A stretch of 64,000 bases of DNA, from positions 13,453 through 77,452 of the forward strand of contig DAOWDN010000013.1 in assembly GCA_030639005.1 (NCBI GenBank), written 5' to 3'. The stretch's first letter is position 1. Each line of letters starts with the position of its first letter. The translations under genes were made by a program, and so were the position numbers. The notes under the pieces were generated by a model that saw nothing but the letters and a program-made list of their open reading frames with translations, was not told the DNA's origin and made no database searches. Positions 29,039 to 38,393 of this stretch are shown in pieces. This DNA comes from Bacteroidia bacterium. GTDB taxonomy: Bacteria; Bacteroidota; Bacteroidia; Bacteroidales; GCA-2748055.

Positions 29039-29319
29039 TTGAGCATCCCAGGATATTAGATAGAACATGAAGCCGGTCCAAGGACCGCAGACATTTTGTA
29101 CCGTTGATTTGAATCTGGCGATAGTAGGCCGGGTACAGTGAAGCGGAAGGAGAATCCGGAAACGGAAGTTCCTGCATTTAGGTGTACATGTATGTGCACA
29201 CACTCTGGAAAGTATGCAAGCGTGCATACTTGTGCCAGGGAGATAAGGTACCAGATGGTATGGTCAGCTTTGGTTGTACCTGGTCCCTGAATCCTTGTAA
29301 CCAATTAATATTTAATGAT

Positions 29320-30075
29320 ATGAAACGAGACAGGCACATTTTACAAAAGTACCTGGACAACGAGCTCTCAGAGAAGGAGTTGGCCAGGTTTGAGCAGGAG
29401 CTCAACGCCAGTCCGGATTTGTTGGTAGATCTTGACCTTTACAAAGAGGTTGATGAAGCCATTGCCGATACGGAAGTATTGGATTTCCGGGCCCAGTTGA
29501 CAGACCTGCGGGACGAAACACGTAGATCGGAGACCGGACGAAGGGTTTTTCGGTTTACGCGGCCATGGCATTATGCAGCATCGGCAGCATTGGCGCTGCT
29601 GGTGGCAATTGGCCTGGCCACTGTACTTGGACGACCATTATCTAATAATGATCTGTTTGCCAAGTACATGAAACCTTATGAGTTGGTACTTACCAATCGT
29701 TCAGTGGATAATGAAGCCACACAACTCTGGCTGAATCAGGCTCAGGATTATTACCAGAGAGGGGAATTTGAAAAAGCCATTGAATGTTTTGATGAGGTCC
29801 TCGAAATTAACGCAGGAAAAGTGGAGGCTGACTTCTATATGGGGGTATCCTATATGGAGATTGAACAGCACCAGGATGCCAGTGAATCCTTTACCAGGGT
29901 TATTGAGCACAACGACAACCTGTTTATCCAGAAATCCGAATGGTTCCTTGCGGGATGTTTGCTGGCCATGGATGAAACGGATCGTGCACGGAGGCAACTT
30001 GCCCTGATTGCATCGTCGTCCAACCATTATTACAGCAAAGATGCTGCAAAGATCCTGAAGAGGATGAAGCGCTAA
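29320..30075 (+). CDS. Single-pass membrane protein with anti-sigma-like N-terminus and periplasmic TPR domain
   Basis: ATG 29320 gives MKRDRHILQKYLDNELSEKELARFEQEL (anti-sigma-factor-like), a TM helix (AASAALALLVAIGLATVL) and TPR repeats (YYQRGEFEKAIECFDEVLEIN...). The upstream part of the ORF from 29182 looks non-coding. Confidence 0.6.
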   Translation: MKRDRHILQKYLDNELSEKELARFEQELNASPDLLVDLDLYKEVDEAIADTEVLDFRAQLTDLRDETRRSETGRRVFRFTRPWHYAASAALALLVAIGLATVLGRPLSNNDLFAKYMKPYELVLTNRSVDNEATQLWLNQAQDYYQRGEFEKAIECFDEVLEINAGKVEADFYMGVSYMEIEQHQDASESFTRVIEHNDNLFIQKSEWFLAGCLLAMDETDRARRQLALIASSSNHYYSKDAAKILKRMKR

Positions 30076-30110
30076 TTCGTCCAGACCACCTCGGAGGGAG
30101 AGTGGTTGAT

Positions 30111-31007
30111 ATGCTAATTGAAATATTGTTGAATAGGGTGATGGGAGAAAAGCCGGACTATAACGAGCTTCTGGAGTATACGAAGCAGCTGGAGAAGAAA
30201 GTAGCCGGGCTGGAGGATACACTGAAACAGTTTCAGTCCGACGGAACCAGGGTGAAGACCAGGTTCCTCTCCAACATCTCGCACGAGATCAGGACTCCCA
30301 TGAATGCCATTATTGGATTTTCTCACCTTCTTGGTGACGACGATGTGGATGGCAATCAGCGTGAAGCTTACATTAATCACATCACCCGAAACAGCAATTC
30401 GCTCTTAAACATGATGGACAACCTGATTGATCTTACCCTGATCGAGACAGGAAACCTTCAACTGAATGAGGATGAAGTTGAGATCTATAAGTTGTTGAAG
30501 GAGTTATACAATCAGTATAACCTTGACAGATACAGGGCAAACAGGGAAAGGGTAGCATTGCTATTAAATGTGAGAGAGGCATTTAAAGAAGCAAGGATAA
30601 TTACGGATAGGCAGCGCCTGTCGAGAGTGTTAAGTTGCCTGATCGAAAATTCCCTTACCCAGACCAATAAAGGAGTCGTAGAATTTGGCGCATCGTTCGC
30701 CGATAAAAATACACTGATTTTTACCATCAAAGACAGCAGCAACATGCTGCTGCAGGAGAGAGTCAGGAAGATCTTTGAAACAACTGAAAAAGAAGAGGAC
30801 TGGTACAATACCTCCGATACGATCGGACTCGGTTACAAGTTAGCCAGCGGGCTGGTCAAGGCCATGAAAGGAGAGATCCTGGTCAAGGACAGTTCATTTA
30901 AGGGTATTACCATTGAGTTTTCAATTCCTATAAGGACAGTCACTCCAAAGTATTATCACTCTGGAGAAGTAGACAGGATTGAAGTTGAACGTTCACAGAA
31001 AGAATGA
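30111..31007 (+). CDS. Soluble histidine-kinase-like protein (coiled coil + HisKA + HATPase-like domain with degenerate G1 box)
   Basis: H-box is FLSNISHEIRTPMNAIIGF and the N box is LIENSLTQT. The G1 position reads KDSSNM instead of DxGxG, and the G2 remnant is TIGLGYKL. No TM or sensor domain. A GTG at 30102 is also possible. Confidence 0.7.
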   Translation: MLIEILLNRVMGEKPDYNELLEYTKQLEKKVAGLEDTLKQFQSDGTRVKTRFLSNISHEIRTPMNAIIGFSHLLGDDDVDGNQREAYINHITRNSNSLLNMMDNLIDLTLIETGNLQLNEDEVEIYKLLKELYNQYNLDRYRANRERVALLLNVREAFKEARIITDRQRLSRVLSCLIENSLTQTNKGVVEFGASFADKNTLIFTIKDSSNMLLQERVRKIFETTEKEEDWYNTSDTIGLGYKLASGLVKAMKGEILVKDSSFKGITIEFSIPIRTVTPKYYHSGEVDRIEVERSQKE

Positions 31008-31071
31008 ACCGATACTGGTTTGATGCCTCTGCCAAAAATTAATTAGGGTTTAGTTTTTTGTTTTCAAGTTT

Positions 31072-31479
31072 TCAAAATGGCAGGTCATCAAATCCGGAAT
31101 CATTCTCGGGTGGATTGGAAGGGAAGGGAGCATCCTGGCTCTGTGAATTGTCCTGAACCGGAGCAGCTGACTCGGTAGATTCGTTCGAAAGTTTCTCGAT
31201 GCGCCAGGCTTCAAGATTGGTGAAGTAGGAGACCTGGCCATCCTTTTCCCACTTTCGTCCTCTCAGGTTGAAGGATACTTTAATGGTATCATCAATGTTA
31301 AACTGATCAAGCAGTGAACATTTATCCTGGGTGGACTGGAATTTGATGAAATCGACGAATTCATACCCGGTTGTACCAGTTGATTTGATCTCCAGGATAA
31401 ATTCACGTTTCTGAAAACGATCAGAGACTTTTTGGGTTTCGTATTTTTCTGCAAGACGGCCGTTAATCTCGAAGCTCAT
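31072..31479 (-). CDS. DUF3127 domain protein
   Basis: The N-terminal 100 aa (MSFEINGRLAEKYETQKVSDRFQKREFILEI...FNLRGRKWEKDG) match my memory of the Bacteroidota DUF3127 OB-like family. The C-terminal tail is acidic and low in complexity. Confidence 0.7.
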   Translation of the reverse strand: MSFEINGRLAEKYETQKVSDRFQKREFILEIKSTGTTGYEFVDFIKFQSTQDKCSLLDQFNIDDTIKVSFNLRGRKWEKDGQVSYFTNLEAWRIEKLSNESTESAAPVQDNSQSQDAPFPSNPPENDSGFDDLPF

Positions 31480-31562
31480 ATTTAGATTTCTTTTTCAGTT
31501 AGGATTCAAATTGAAAGATAGTGTTTATTGAAGAAAGCCAGAATCCGATCTCTAGGATCAAC

Positions 31563-31597
31563 AAAAAAGGCTGTTCGCTTGGCGGACAGCCTTTTTT
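31563..31597 (-). terminator. Rho-independent terminator hairpin downstream of the FKBP gene
   Basis: A-run, then a 10-bp GC-rich stem (GGCTGTTCGC/GCGGACAGCC, one mismatch) with a 3-nt loop, then a T-run. A/T runs on both sides would allow function in either direction. Confidence 0.6.
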
Positions 31598-31617
31598 AAC
31601 ATTAGTGTGGCTATTGC

Positions 31618-32340
31618 CTACTTTATTTCGAGCAATTCAACTTTAAAGATAAGTGCTGAATTTGCAGGAATAGGGCCTCCTCCTCTTGATCCATATCCCA
31701 GGTTGGAAGGGATGTAGAACATATAGGTTGATCCTACAGGCATCAGTTGGAGTCCTTCGGTCCATCCCGGAATCACACCATTAAGCGGAAATGAAACAGT
31801 GTCACCCGTATCATAGCTGCTGTCGAAAACAGTACCATCGATCAGGGTACCTTCATAGAAAACAGATACAGTAGATGTATCTTTGGGCATGGGGCCATCG
31901 CCTTTGGTGACGATCTCATATTGTAAACCTGATTCGGTAGTGATGATTCCCTCCTTTTTTCCATTCTCCTCAAGAAAAGTGATTCCATCTTCCATAGTTT
32001 TCATGGACTCATCTTCGGCCTTCTGGGCTTCTTGTGCTTGAAGAGAAGAAGTTAGTTCGCCGAAAATAGCATTGGCAGTCACCGGGTCATAAGCAGATGT
32101 ATCTTTCAGAACCTGTACCAATCCTGAAGCGAGAATGTCAGCATCGATTTCCCAGGGAGCCTGCTCTACGCTATAGCCCCAGTTAACACCAAGGAAATAA
32201 TTTAGTGAGTCGTTCTTGGTCTTCAGGGTGATTTGCGATTCCGACTTGATACCGCCCGATGTTCCGGTTCCGATAAAATATCCTACAGCCATTGCTGCAA
32301 CTGCCACTACAATGAGTGTGATAATCTGTTTGTTATTCAT
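31618..32340 (-). CDS. FKBP-type peptidyl-prolyl cis-trans isomerase (Mip/FklB-like), membrane-anchored or secreted
   Basis: N-terminal hydrophobic helix and a C-terminal FKBP_C block (VSVFYEGTLIDGTVFDSSYDTGDTVSFPLNGVIPGWTEGLQLMPVGSTYMFYIPSNLGYG). Confidence 0.9.
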   Translation of the reverse strand: MNNKQIITLIVVAVAAMAVGYFIGTGTSGGIKSESQITLKTKNDSLNYFLGVNWGYSVEQAPWEIDADILASGLVQVLKDTSAYDPVTANAIFGELTSSLQAQEAQKAEDESMKTMEDGITFLEENGKKEGIITTESGLQYEIVTKGDGPMPKDTSTVSVFYEGTLIDGTVFDSSYDTGDTVSFPLNGVIPGWTEGLQLMPVGSTYMFYIPSNLGYGSRGGGPIPANSALIFKVELLEIK

Positions 32341-32400
32341 GTGAGTTATTGTTTAGAAATAATGACTGCGAAGATAGAAGAAATATTATACACCACATAA

Positions 32401-33060
32401 TTATATTCTTGTGGCCCTGATCATCTCCCATTTGCCAGGTGGGCCTGGGACCTTCTCGATGTTGAATCCGCAGGAAATCAACGTTCTGCGGACTACTCCC
32501 TTTGACGAGTAAGTTACAAGTATAGCACCCGGACGGGTCGATTTTCGTATGATAGAGAATACGTCAGCGGACCACAACGCTGGTTGTTTATCGGGCGAGA
32601 ATGCATCAAAGTAGACCAGGTCGAAGTTGCCGGGAGGGTTCATCGATCTGAAATCAGACTCCTCTTTGAAGAGGGTAAAGCGATCTGAAAGTTGAACAGG
32701 AGTTTCCCATTCAGCATCGTGCATCAGATTCAGGAAGCCGTCGGGAATATCATCAAGGCACTGCTCGAAATTGAGTTGTGAATATTCGGCTCTGTTCAGA
32801 GGGTATTTTTCAACGGCATGATAATGGACCTTCAGGTTTGCCTGGTTTGCGAACCACATGGTCAGGAGCGCATTGAGCCCGGTGCCAAATCCGATTTCCA
32901 GAATTCTCAGCGCAGGTTTAGAGATGGTGTGTAAACCCTGTTTGATAAAGACATGCATCGATTCCTGCAAGGCACCGTGGGTGGAATGGTACGGTTCATC
33001 CAGTTTGTCCACATAGAGTGTATGGGAACCATCTTCAGTGAGGCGGAGGGATCTCTCCAT
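32401..33060 (-). CDS. mnmD: SAM-dependent tRNA (mnm5s2U34) methyltransferase, MnmC-methyltransferase-domain-only type (MnmD-like)
   Basis: Motifs are LRILEIGFGTGLNALLT and DLVYFDAFSPDKQPALWS. Start taken at MERSLRLTEDGSHTLYV, though the ORF extends 10 codons further to 33090. Confidence 0.7.
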   Translation of the reverse strand: MERSLRLTEDGSHTLYVDKLDEPYHSTHGALQESMHVFIKQGLHTISKPALRILEIGFGTGLNALLTMWFANQANLKVHYHAVEKYPLNRAEYSQLNFEQCLDDIPDGFLNLMHDAEWETPVQLSDRFTLFKEESDFRSMNPPGNFDLVYFDAFSPDKQPALWSADVFSIIRKSTRPGAILVTYSSKGVVRRTLISCGFNIEKVPGPPGKWEMIRATRI

Positions 33061-33129
33061 CTGGTAAAAATACTCAATGTTTATAAACAAGCTGTTTGAC
33101 CATATGAAATCGTGCTATACTTGTAATAG

Positions 33130-34344
33130 ATGAAAACCAGGTTCTATATTGAGAAACGGAATGATGAAGCAGGTAGATTGCTGGTGGAGGAGCGACCTGT
33201 TTTTATGAGTGTCTCCTTCAGAGGGAACCGTGTAATCATTGGAACCGGAATCAAAGCGGATATGAACGGATGGGATCCGGACCTGCAGCGGGTGAATCTA
33301 TCCTATCCGGGTTCGCACGGTTTTAATAGCTGGTTGTCAACTCTTCAGGAGACTGCTGAAAGAGCAATGGATGCCTTGCAACACTCAGGAAATGAAGTGA
33401 ATGCAGAAAGTTTTCGCAACCTGTTTCAAAAGCTGAAGCCTGAGTACTCAAGCGGTTTTTTCGATATTTTCTTCCAGTTTATGGATTCAGGAATGTCCCG
33501 CTGGAGCAACAGCACCTATCGCAAAGTGAGGACCATATATAAGCTGCTTCGCGAATTTGAGGATCAAACCGGTTTCCGGATCTCTTTCGAAAACCTGGAT
33601 GCACAATTTCTGGAAGACTTCACAGCCTTTTGCACCCAAAAGGGATATAAAAATTCGACCACCTCTAAAGCAGTCAGCATACTGGTCTGGTTCCTCAACT
33701 GGGCCAGCAACAACAGGTTCAATGTCTACAGGGAGTACAGGCAGTTTTATAAAATGATGGTGCCTTTGCAGGAGACGACACGGAACATGCTCTCATTAAA
33801 ATGGGATGAACTGATCAAATTAAAGGAATTCACTCCTGAACATCACATGATGAAAAGAGCAAGGGATCTGTTCTGTTTCATGTGCTTTTCAGGAGTAAGA
33901 TTTTCAGAACTTCAGCTATTGAAAAAGGAGGATCTGAATGCAGAGGAGGTAATAATAAGGAAACAGGGTGGCCGGGTGAGAAGGATTCCGTTAAATAAGT
34001 ATGGCAGTGATATCTACCGGGCTTACGAGAACAAGTATTACCTGAACAACACTGCATTCCCTTCCATGAGCATTATCACCATGAACAAATACCTGAGAAT
34101 GATGGGTAAGGAGTCGGGACTGAACCGAGAGGTTCTCTCCGCCAGTGTGGGGGGTGAGAGGGTACCACTTCATATGCGGTTAACTGCCGGTATAGCCGTG
34201 AACACCTTTATTGCAAATGCCCTTAAGCTGAATGTTCCTGCAGAAATAATTGCCGAATTTACGGGGATCCGGAACGACAGCCGGGTACGCCGGATTAAAT
34301 TGGATCTTGCAGGAGATGAGATCCTTAAGTTTGACCGGAGTTAG
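33130..34344 (+). CDS. Tyrosine-recombinase (phage integrase)-like protein lacking the catalytic tyrosine
   Basis: Bacteroidota-integrase architecture: an Arm-type N-terminus (MKTRFYIEKRNDEAGRLLVEERPVFMSVSFRG), a SAM-like core-binding domain and the catalytic-domain Arg-I context (FSGVRFSELQLLKKEDL). The last 80 residues contain no Tyr, and the HxxR and GH positions are substituted. Confidence 0.75.
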   Translation: MKTRFYIEKRNDEAGRLLVEERPVFMSVSFRGNRVIIGTGIKADMNGWDPDLQRVNLSYPGSHGFNSWLSTLQETAERAMDALQHSGNEVNAESFRNLFQKLKPEYSSGFFDIFFQFMDSGMSRWSNSTYRKVRTIYKLLREFEDQTGFRISFENLDAQFLEDFTAFCTQKGYKNSTTSKAVSILVWFLNWASNNRFNVYREYRQFYKMMVPLQETTRNMLSLKWDELIKLKEFTPEHHMMKRARDLFCFMCFSGVRFSELQLLKKEDLNAEEVIIRKQGGRVRRIPLNKYGSDIYRAYENKYYLNNTAFPSMSIITMNKYLRMMGKESGLNREVLSASVGGERVPLHMRLTAGIAVNTFIANALKLNVPAEIIAEFTGIRNDSRVRRIKLDLAGDEILKFDRS

Positions 34345-34428
34345 TATCTCTAAAGGCCATTTTTTCCCCTTCTTACAACAATCACGTGCCGATTCTGTTT
34401 CACTTAGGATATTCGAACAGGAAGCATT

Positions 34429-36540
34429 ATGCATTTTAGAACCACCATCCTCACTTTTCTTTTAACGGTCATTCTTAATACTGCCTGTACCTCACAAAAC
34501 AGAAAATCCATGGATGATCATCCACATACCAATGCCCTGATCAACGAGACCAGTCCTTACCTCCTCCAGCATGCCCACAACCCCGTAAACTGGTATCCCT
34601 GGGGAGAGGCTGCACTGGAAAAAGCGGTCCGGGAAGATAAACTGATCCTCATTAGCATCGGGTATTCCTCCTGTCACTGGTGCCATGTAATGGAGCATGA
34701 GAGCTTTGAAGATAGTTTGGTGGCTCAATTGATGAATGAGCACTTTGTTAGTATCAAGGTGGACAGGGAGGAGCGGCCAGATATTGATCATATCTATATG
34801 ACCGCCGTGCAAATGCTGAACCAACAGGGAGGCTGGCCCTTAAACTGCATTGCCCTTCCCGATGGAAAGCCAATCTGGGGAGGTACCTATTTTCCAAAAG
34901 AGCAATGGATGGAGGTACTAAATCAGGTTCAGCAGTATTACCGGAAAAATCCCGATATGACCAGGCAGTACGCTGCGGATCTGGCCGAGGGAATTCGGCA
35001 GAATTCCATTTTCAAGGCAGAGACCCTGGCGCAGACAGCTACACATGAAGAGATCCACAAGACAGTAAACTTATGGTCGAACCAATTTGATCATGAATAT
35101 GGAGGTCAAAAGGGATCTCCCAAATTTCCCATACCCGTTAATCTGGAATTTCTCTTGCATTATGGGTACCAGTACGGGAACCAGGAAATACTGAACCATG
35201 TGGACCTGACCCTGACTAGCATGGCCAGGGGGGGTATTTACGACCAGGTAGGGGGAGGTTTTGCCAGGTATTCGGTGGATCCAATTTGGAAGGTTCCTCA
35301 CTTTGAGAAAATGCTATATGACAACGCACAGCTTATCAAGCTCTATTCCAGGGCTTACCAGCTATTTGGCAAAGATACCTATGCACAGGTGATCAGGCAA
35401 AGCATTGAATTTATTCAAAGGGAGATGCTTTCCATTGAGGGTGCCTTTTTTTCTGCTCTGGATGCTGACAGCGAAGGGGAGGAAGGTAAGTACTATGTAT
35501 GGAACAAAGATGAACTGGAAGATTTGCTGGCAGGGGATTTTGAACTTTTCTCGGAGTTTTACAACATCAATGCCACCGGACTCTGGGAGCACAATAGGTA
35601 TATCCTCTACCGGACCTCCGATCCTGAGACCTTTGCAGTGGAGCGGGGCCTCGATGCTCAGTGGTTTAAAGAAAAAATTAAGCAATGGAATGAGATCCTG
35701 CTATCTGCCAGGAGTGAGCGTGTGCCTCCCGGACTCGATGATAAATCCCTTACATCCTGGGGATCCATGATGATTTCAGCTCTGGTTCAGGCTTATGATG
35801 CCCTGGGAGACCCGCAATACCTTGACCTGGCCATTGCCAGTGCCCGTTTGATCAGGGAAAAGCTATGGTCAGAAGCTCATGTCCTTTACCGAAACTATAA
35901 GGAAGGACACCGTTCCATTCCCGCATTTCATATCGACTATGCACTATACATTGAAGCTTGCCTTGACCTGTATTCCTCGAGCCTGTACCCGGAGTGGCTG
36001 GATCTGGCAGCGGAACTCACTGAGGCCACCATGGAACAGTTTTATGACCCGGGCACAGATATGTTCAATTACAATGGGAGGAACTCCGAGATTCTGATTG
36101 CCAATAATGTGGAAACCCAGGACAATGTGATCCCATCTTCCAATTCGGTAATGGCCCATAATTTGTTCCGATTGGGCCATCTGCTGGTTAAACGGGAATA
36201 TTTGGACCTGTCAGACTCCATGATGAAACAAATGCAGGGACGCTTTGATCAATATCCCCAGGGATTTTCCAATTGGGGCAGGCTGATCCTTATGAACCTG
36301 AATCCATTTTATGAGATTGTTGTTGTCGGGCCATCCGCCAGATCCATGATGGGATTGCTCACCGTTGAATACCTCCCCCATGCTTTGGTGGCAGGCAGCA
36401 CAAGCGCCTCTACCCTTCCCCTTTTCCAGAACCGGTTTGATAGTGAAAATACACGGATCTTTGTGTGCCGCGACAATGTTTGTCAGTTGCCTGTGGAAAA
36501 TCCTGAGGAGGCAAAAAGAATCTTCCATATTCAGTTCTGA
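34429..36540 (+). CDS. Thioredoxin-domain protein of the DUF255/YyaL family (thioredoxin fold + (alpha/alpha)6 domain), lipoprotein signal
   Basis: [28 protein letters not shown]...[17 protein letters not shown] is the hallmark N-terminal block. Length is 703 aa. Confidence 0.85.
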   Translation: MHFRTTILTFLLTVILNTACTSQNRKSMDDHPHTNALINETSPYLLQHAHNPVNWYPWGEAALEKAVREDKLILISIGYSSCHWCHVMEHESFEDSLVAQLMNEHFVSIKVDREERPDIDHIYMTAVQMLNQQGGWPLNCIALPDGKPIWGGTYFPKEQWMEVLNQVQQYYRKNPDMTRQYAADLAEGIRQNSIFKAETLAQTATHEEIHKTVNLWSNQFDHEYGGQKGSPKFPIPVNLEFLLHYGYQYGNQEILNHVDLTLTSMARGGIYDQVGGGFARYSVDPIWKVPHFEKMLYDNAQLIKLYSRAYQLFGKDTYAQVIRQSIEFIQREMLSIEGAFFSALDADSEGEEGKYYVWNKDELEDLLAGDFELFSEFYNINATGLWEHNRYILYRTSDPETFAVERGLDAQWFKEKIKQWNEILLSARSERVPPGLDDKSLTSWGSMMISALVQAYDALGDPQYLDLAIASARLIREKLWSEAHVLYRNYKEGHRSIPAFHIDYALYIEACLDLYSSSLYPEWLDLAAELTEATMEQFYDPGTDMFNYNGRNSEILIANNVETQDNVIPSSNSVMAHNLFRLGHLLVKREYLDLSDSMMKQMQGRFDQYPQGFSNWGRLILMNLNPFYEIVVVGPSARSMMGLLTVEYLPHALVAGSTSASTLPLFQNRFDSENTRIFVCRDNVCQLPVENPEEAKRIFHIQF

Positions 36541-36598
36541 GTGCGATCTGTAAGCTTTTCGGAATATCTGCGACCTATCTGATATAAAACATCAAGAT

Positions 36599-37597
36599 AT
36601 GAGGACGATAGCAATTCTTACCATCGTAGCCGGGTTCATTGTTTCCGGAGGCTGCGATACCCTTAGCGATTCAGATCAGGACAATGTATACAAGGATCCG
36701 TTTCAACCGATCGAATGGGAAGAGGATGTGACCGGACAGTTACTTCCATTTGAATTAATTCAAAATCCCGGACATTTCCGTGCAAATGAGATTGATTATT
36801 TGGATGATAATGAATTGGTTTTCATAAGCAAAATCAGTGGATCTGTATTTGCCTATCCACTTCGGTTCATGGGTGTTGAGGTTGTCAATGAAAATACTGA
36901 CGGGGTGCTTACGGCGGTTACTTATTGCCCCTTAACCAGGAGTGCTATTGCGTGGAACAGGGTACTGGGGAGCGACACCTTGTTGCTCACAGCCTCAGGA
37001 TATCTTTTAAGGGATAACCTGATGCCACTGGATCTGAACTCAGGCAGCATATGGTCCCAGATGAGGCTGGTGGGAATGCGTGGAAAGCACAATAAGATGA
37101 TTGTTGAGACTGTGCCTTTATTCGAAACCTCCTGGAAGACTGTCAAAGTATATTTTCCCGATGCGGCGGTTTTTACCAGCGGGAGTATGCAAAAATCAGC
37201 ATCTGAAGTAAATAATTACAGTTCCGGGGAGGCATTTACCGGCAGGCAATTTGGTATTTTGAGCCGTGACAATGTGGAACTATTCAACGCTGATTTGTTT
37301 TCCAGCGGGATAAAATTGTATATGACTATCATTCAACCCGGCGGAAATGTTGTGGTTGCGGGAAGCTCCGATCACCATTATATTGCAGCATTTAGGACAA
37401 GCTATACGATGCAGCCTGTGCAAAGTGAATTTCCAATAATCATGAGAGATGAAACCGGAACAAGCTGGAATATCTTTGGAGAGGCGGTGGAAGGAGAGCG
37501 AGAAGGGGAGCAACTTGAATCCCCAGTATTTTATATAGCAGCAGACTGGGCCTGGGAGCTTCTATTGGGCAATACATCAGTATTTAATCCTTCTTAG
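36599..37597 (+). CDS. DUF3179 domain protein, lipoprotein
   Basis: AYPLRFMGVEVVNENTDGVLTAVTYCPLTRSAIAWNR...LTASGYLLRDNLMPLDLNSGSIWSQ matches the DUF3179 core as I remember it. Confidence 0.65.
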   Translation: MRTIAILTIVAGFIVSGGCDTLSDSDQDNVYKDPFQPIEWEEDVTGQLLPFELIQNPGHFRANEIDYLDDNELVFISKISGSVFAYPLRFMGVEVVNENTDGVLTAVTYCPLTRSAIAWNRVLGSDTLLLTASGYLLRDNLMPLDLNSGSIWSQMRLVGMRGKHNKMIVETVPLFETSWKTVKVYFPDAAVFTSGSMQKSASEVNNYSSGEAFTGRQFGILSRDNVELFNADLFSSGIKLYMTIIQPGGNVVVAGSSDHHYIAAFRTSYTMQPVQSEFPIIMRDETGTSWNIFGEAVEGEREGEQLESPVFYIAADWAWELLLGNTSVFNPS

Positions 37598-38336
37598 GCA
37601 GATACTCCTCAAAGATTTTATTCATTGACCTGAAGATGTTGTAGGGGCCTTTCCCGTGGAGTTCCTCAATTTGTCCGATGAGTTGTGAAATGCGTTCACG
37701 CTGGGTCCGATCCTCATGGGGACAGCTCTTTTCGACCTTAACCAGGTCGTTCAGTCCGGCATAATCCTCCAGCATCCTTTCATCCAGGTCCATCATAGGC
37801 CGTATCAGCTGCATGCGGCCTTCGAACATCTCCAGGGAATAGGGGAGGGAGCTGATAGAACCGTGGTAAATCATATTAAGTAGCAGGGTTTCCACTGCAT
37901 CGTTGCGGTGGTGCCCCAGTGCAAGTTTGTTGCAATTCATCTCCCTGGTCAGCTTAAACAGCTCCTTTCGCCGGTTCCAGGAACAGATAAAACAAGCTGT
38001 CTTTGATGGGTCTTTTTCAAGGTCGGGTTCGATGGAACGGTAGTGGAGGGGAACATCAAGACCTTGACAGAATGCAGTGAGTTTCTCACGGTCTATCTCA
38101 TACCCGATCCCGGTGGCTTCAACGTGTGCAGCAGTAAGGCTGAAGTCAAAGGGTACAGCCCTTTTCCTTTCCGCCAGCACCTCCAGGAGGATCATGGAAT
38201 CTTTGCCACCCGACAATCCCACCAGGATATGATCACCCTCTTCGATCATCTGGTGGTCCCTCATGGTGGTCCCCAGTTTTCGGCAGATTTTCTTGAATAG
38301 CTTCTCCGACTGGATCTGTTCCGGTGATTTCTCCAT
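37584..38336 (-). CDS. PP-loop ATPase, tRNA 2-thiocytidine synthetase (TtcA)-like
   Basis: PP-loop VGLSGGKDS, CxxC (CFICSWNRRKELF) and LALGHHRNDAVETLLLN. The 3' end overlaps the convergent DUF3179 gene by 14 nt. Confidence 0.75.
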   Translation of the reverse strand: MEKSPEQIQSEKLFKKICRKLGTTMRDHQMIEEGDHILVGLSGGKDSMILLEVLAERKRAVPFDFSLTAAHVEATGIGYEIDREKLTAFCQGLDVPLHYRSIEPDLEKDPSKTACFICSWNRRKELFKLTREMNCNKLALGHHRNDAVETLLLNMIYHGSISSLPYSLEMFEGRMQLIRPMMDLDERMLEDYAGLNDLVKVEKSCPHEDRTQRERISQLIGQIEELHGKGPYNIFRSMNKIFEEYLPKKD

Positions 38337-38393
38337 ACGGTCAGGATATGATCACAAACTTACTGAAAAGAGCGCAGGCCGGGATCCTGACCC

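Noticed and set aside
29182-29231. Hairpins in the leader of the TPR gene, considered as an attenuator or terminator or riboswitch-like element. They are the 9-bp stem AAGTATGCA-agcg-TGCATACTT at 29210-29231 and the imperfect GTGT...ACAC dyad at 29182-29201.
   Set aside because: There is no following U-tract and no alternative pairing or known aptamer features that I could recognise. They are mentioned only as context for the small-ORF finding.
33130-34344. The integrase-like gene as a marker of an integrated mobile element or genomic island.
   Set aside because: There is no adjacent tRNA, and no flanking direct or inverted repeats were seen. GC is normal, both neighbours are housekeeping-type genes, and the protein lacks the catalytic tyrosine. 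It is reported as a degenerate integrase-like CDS instead.
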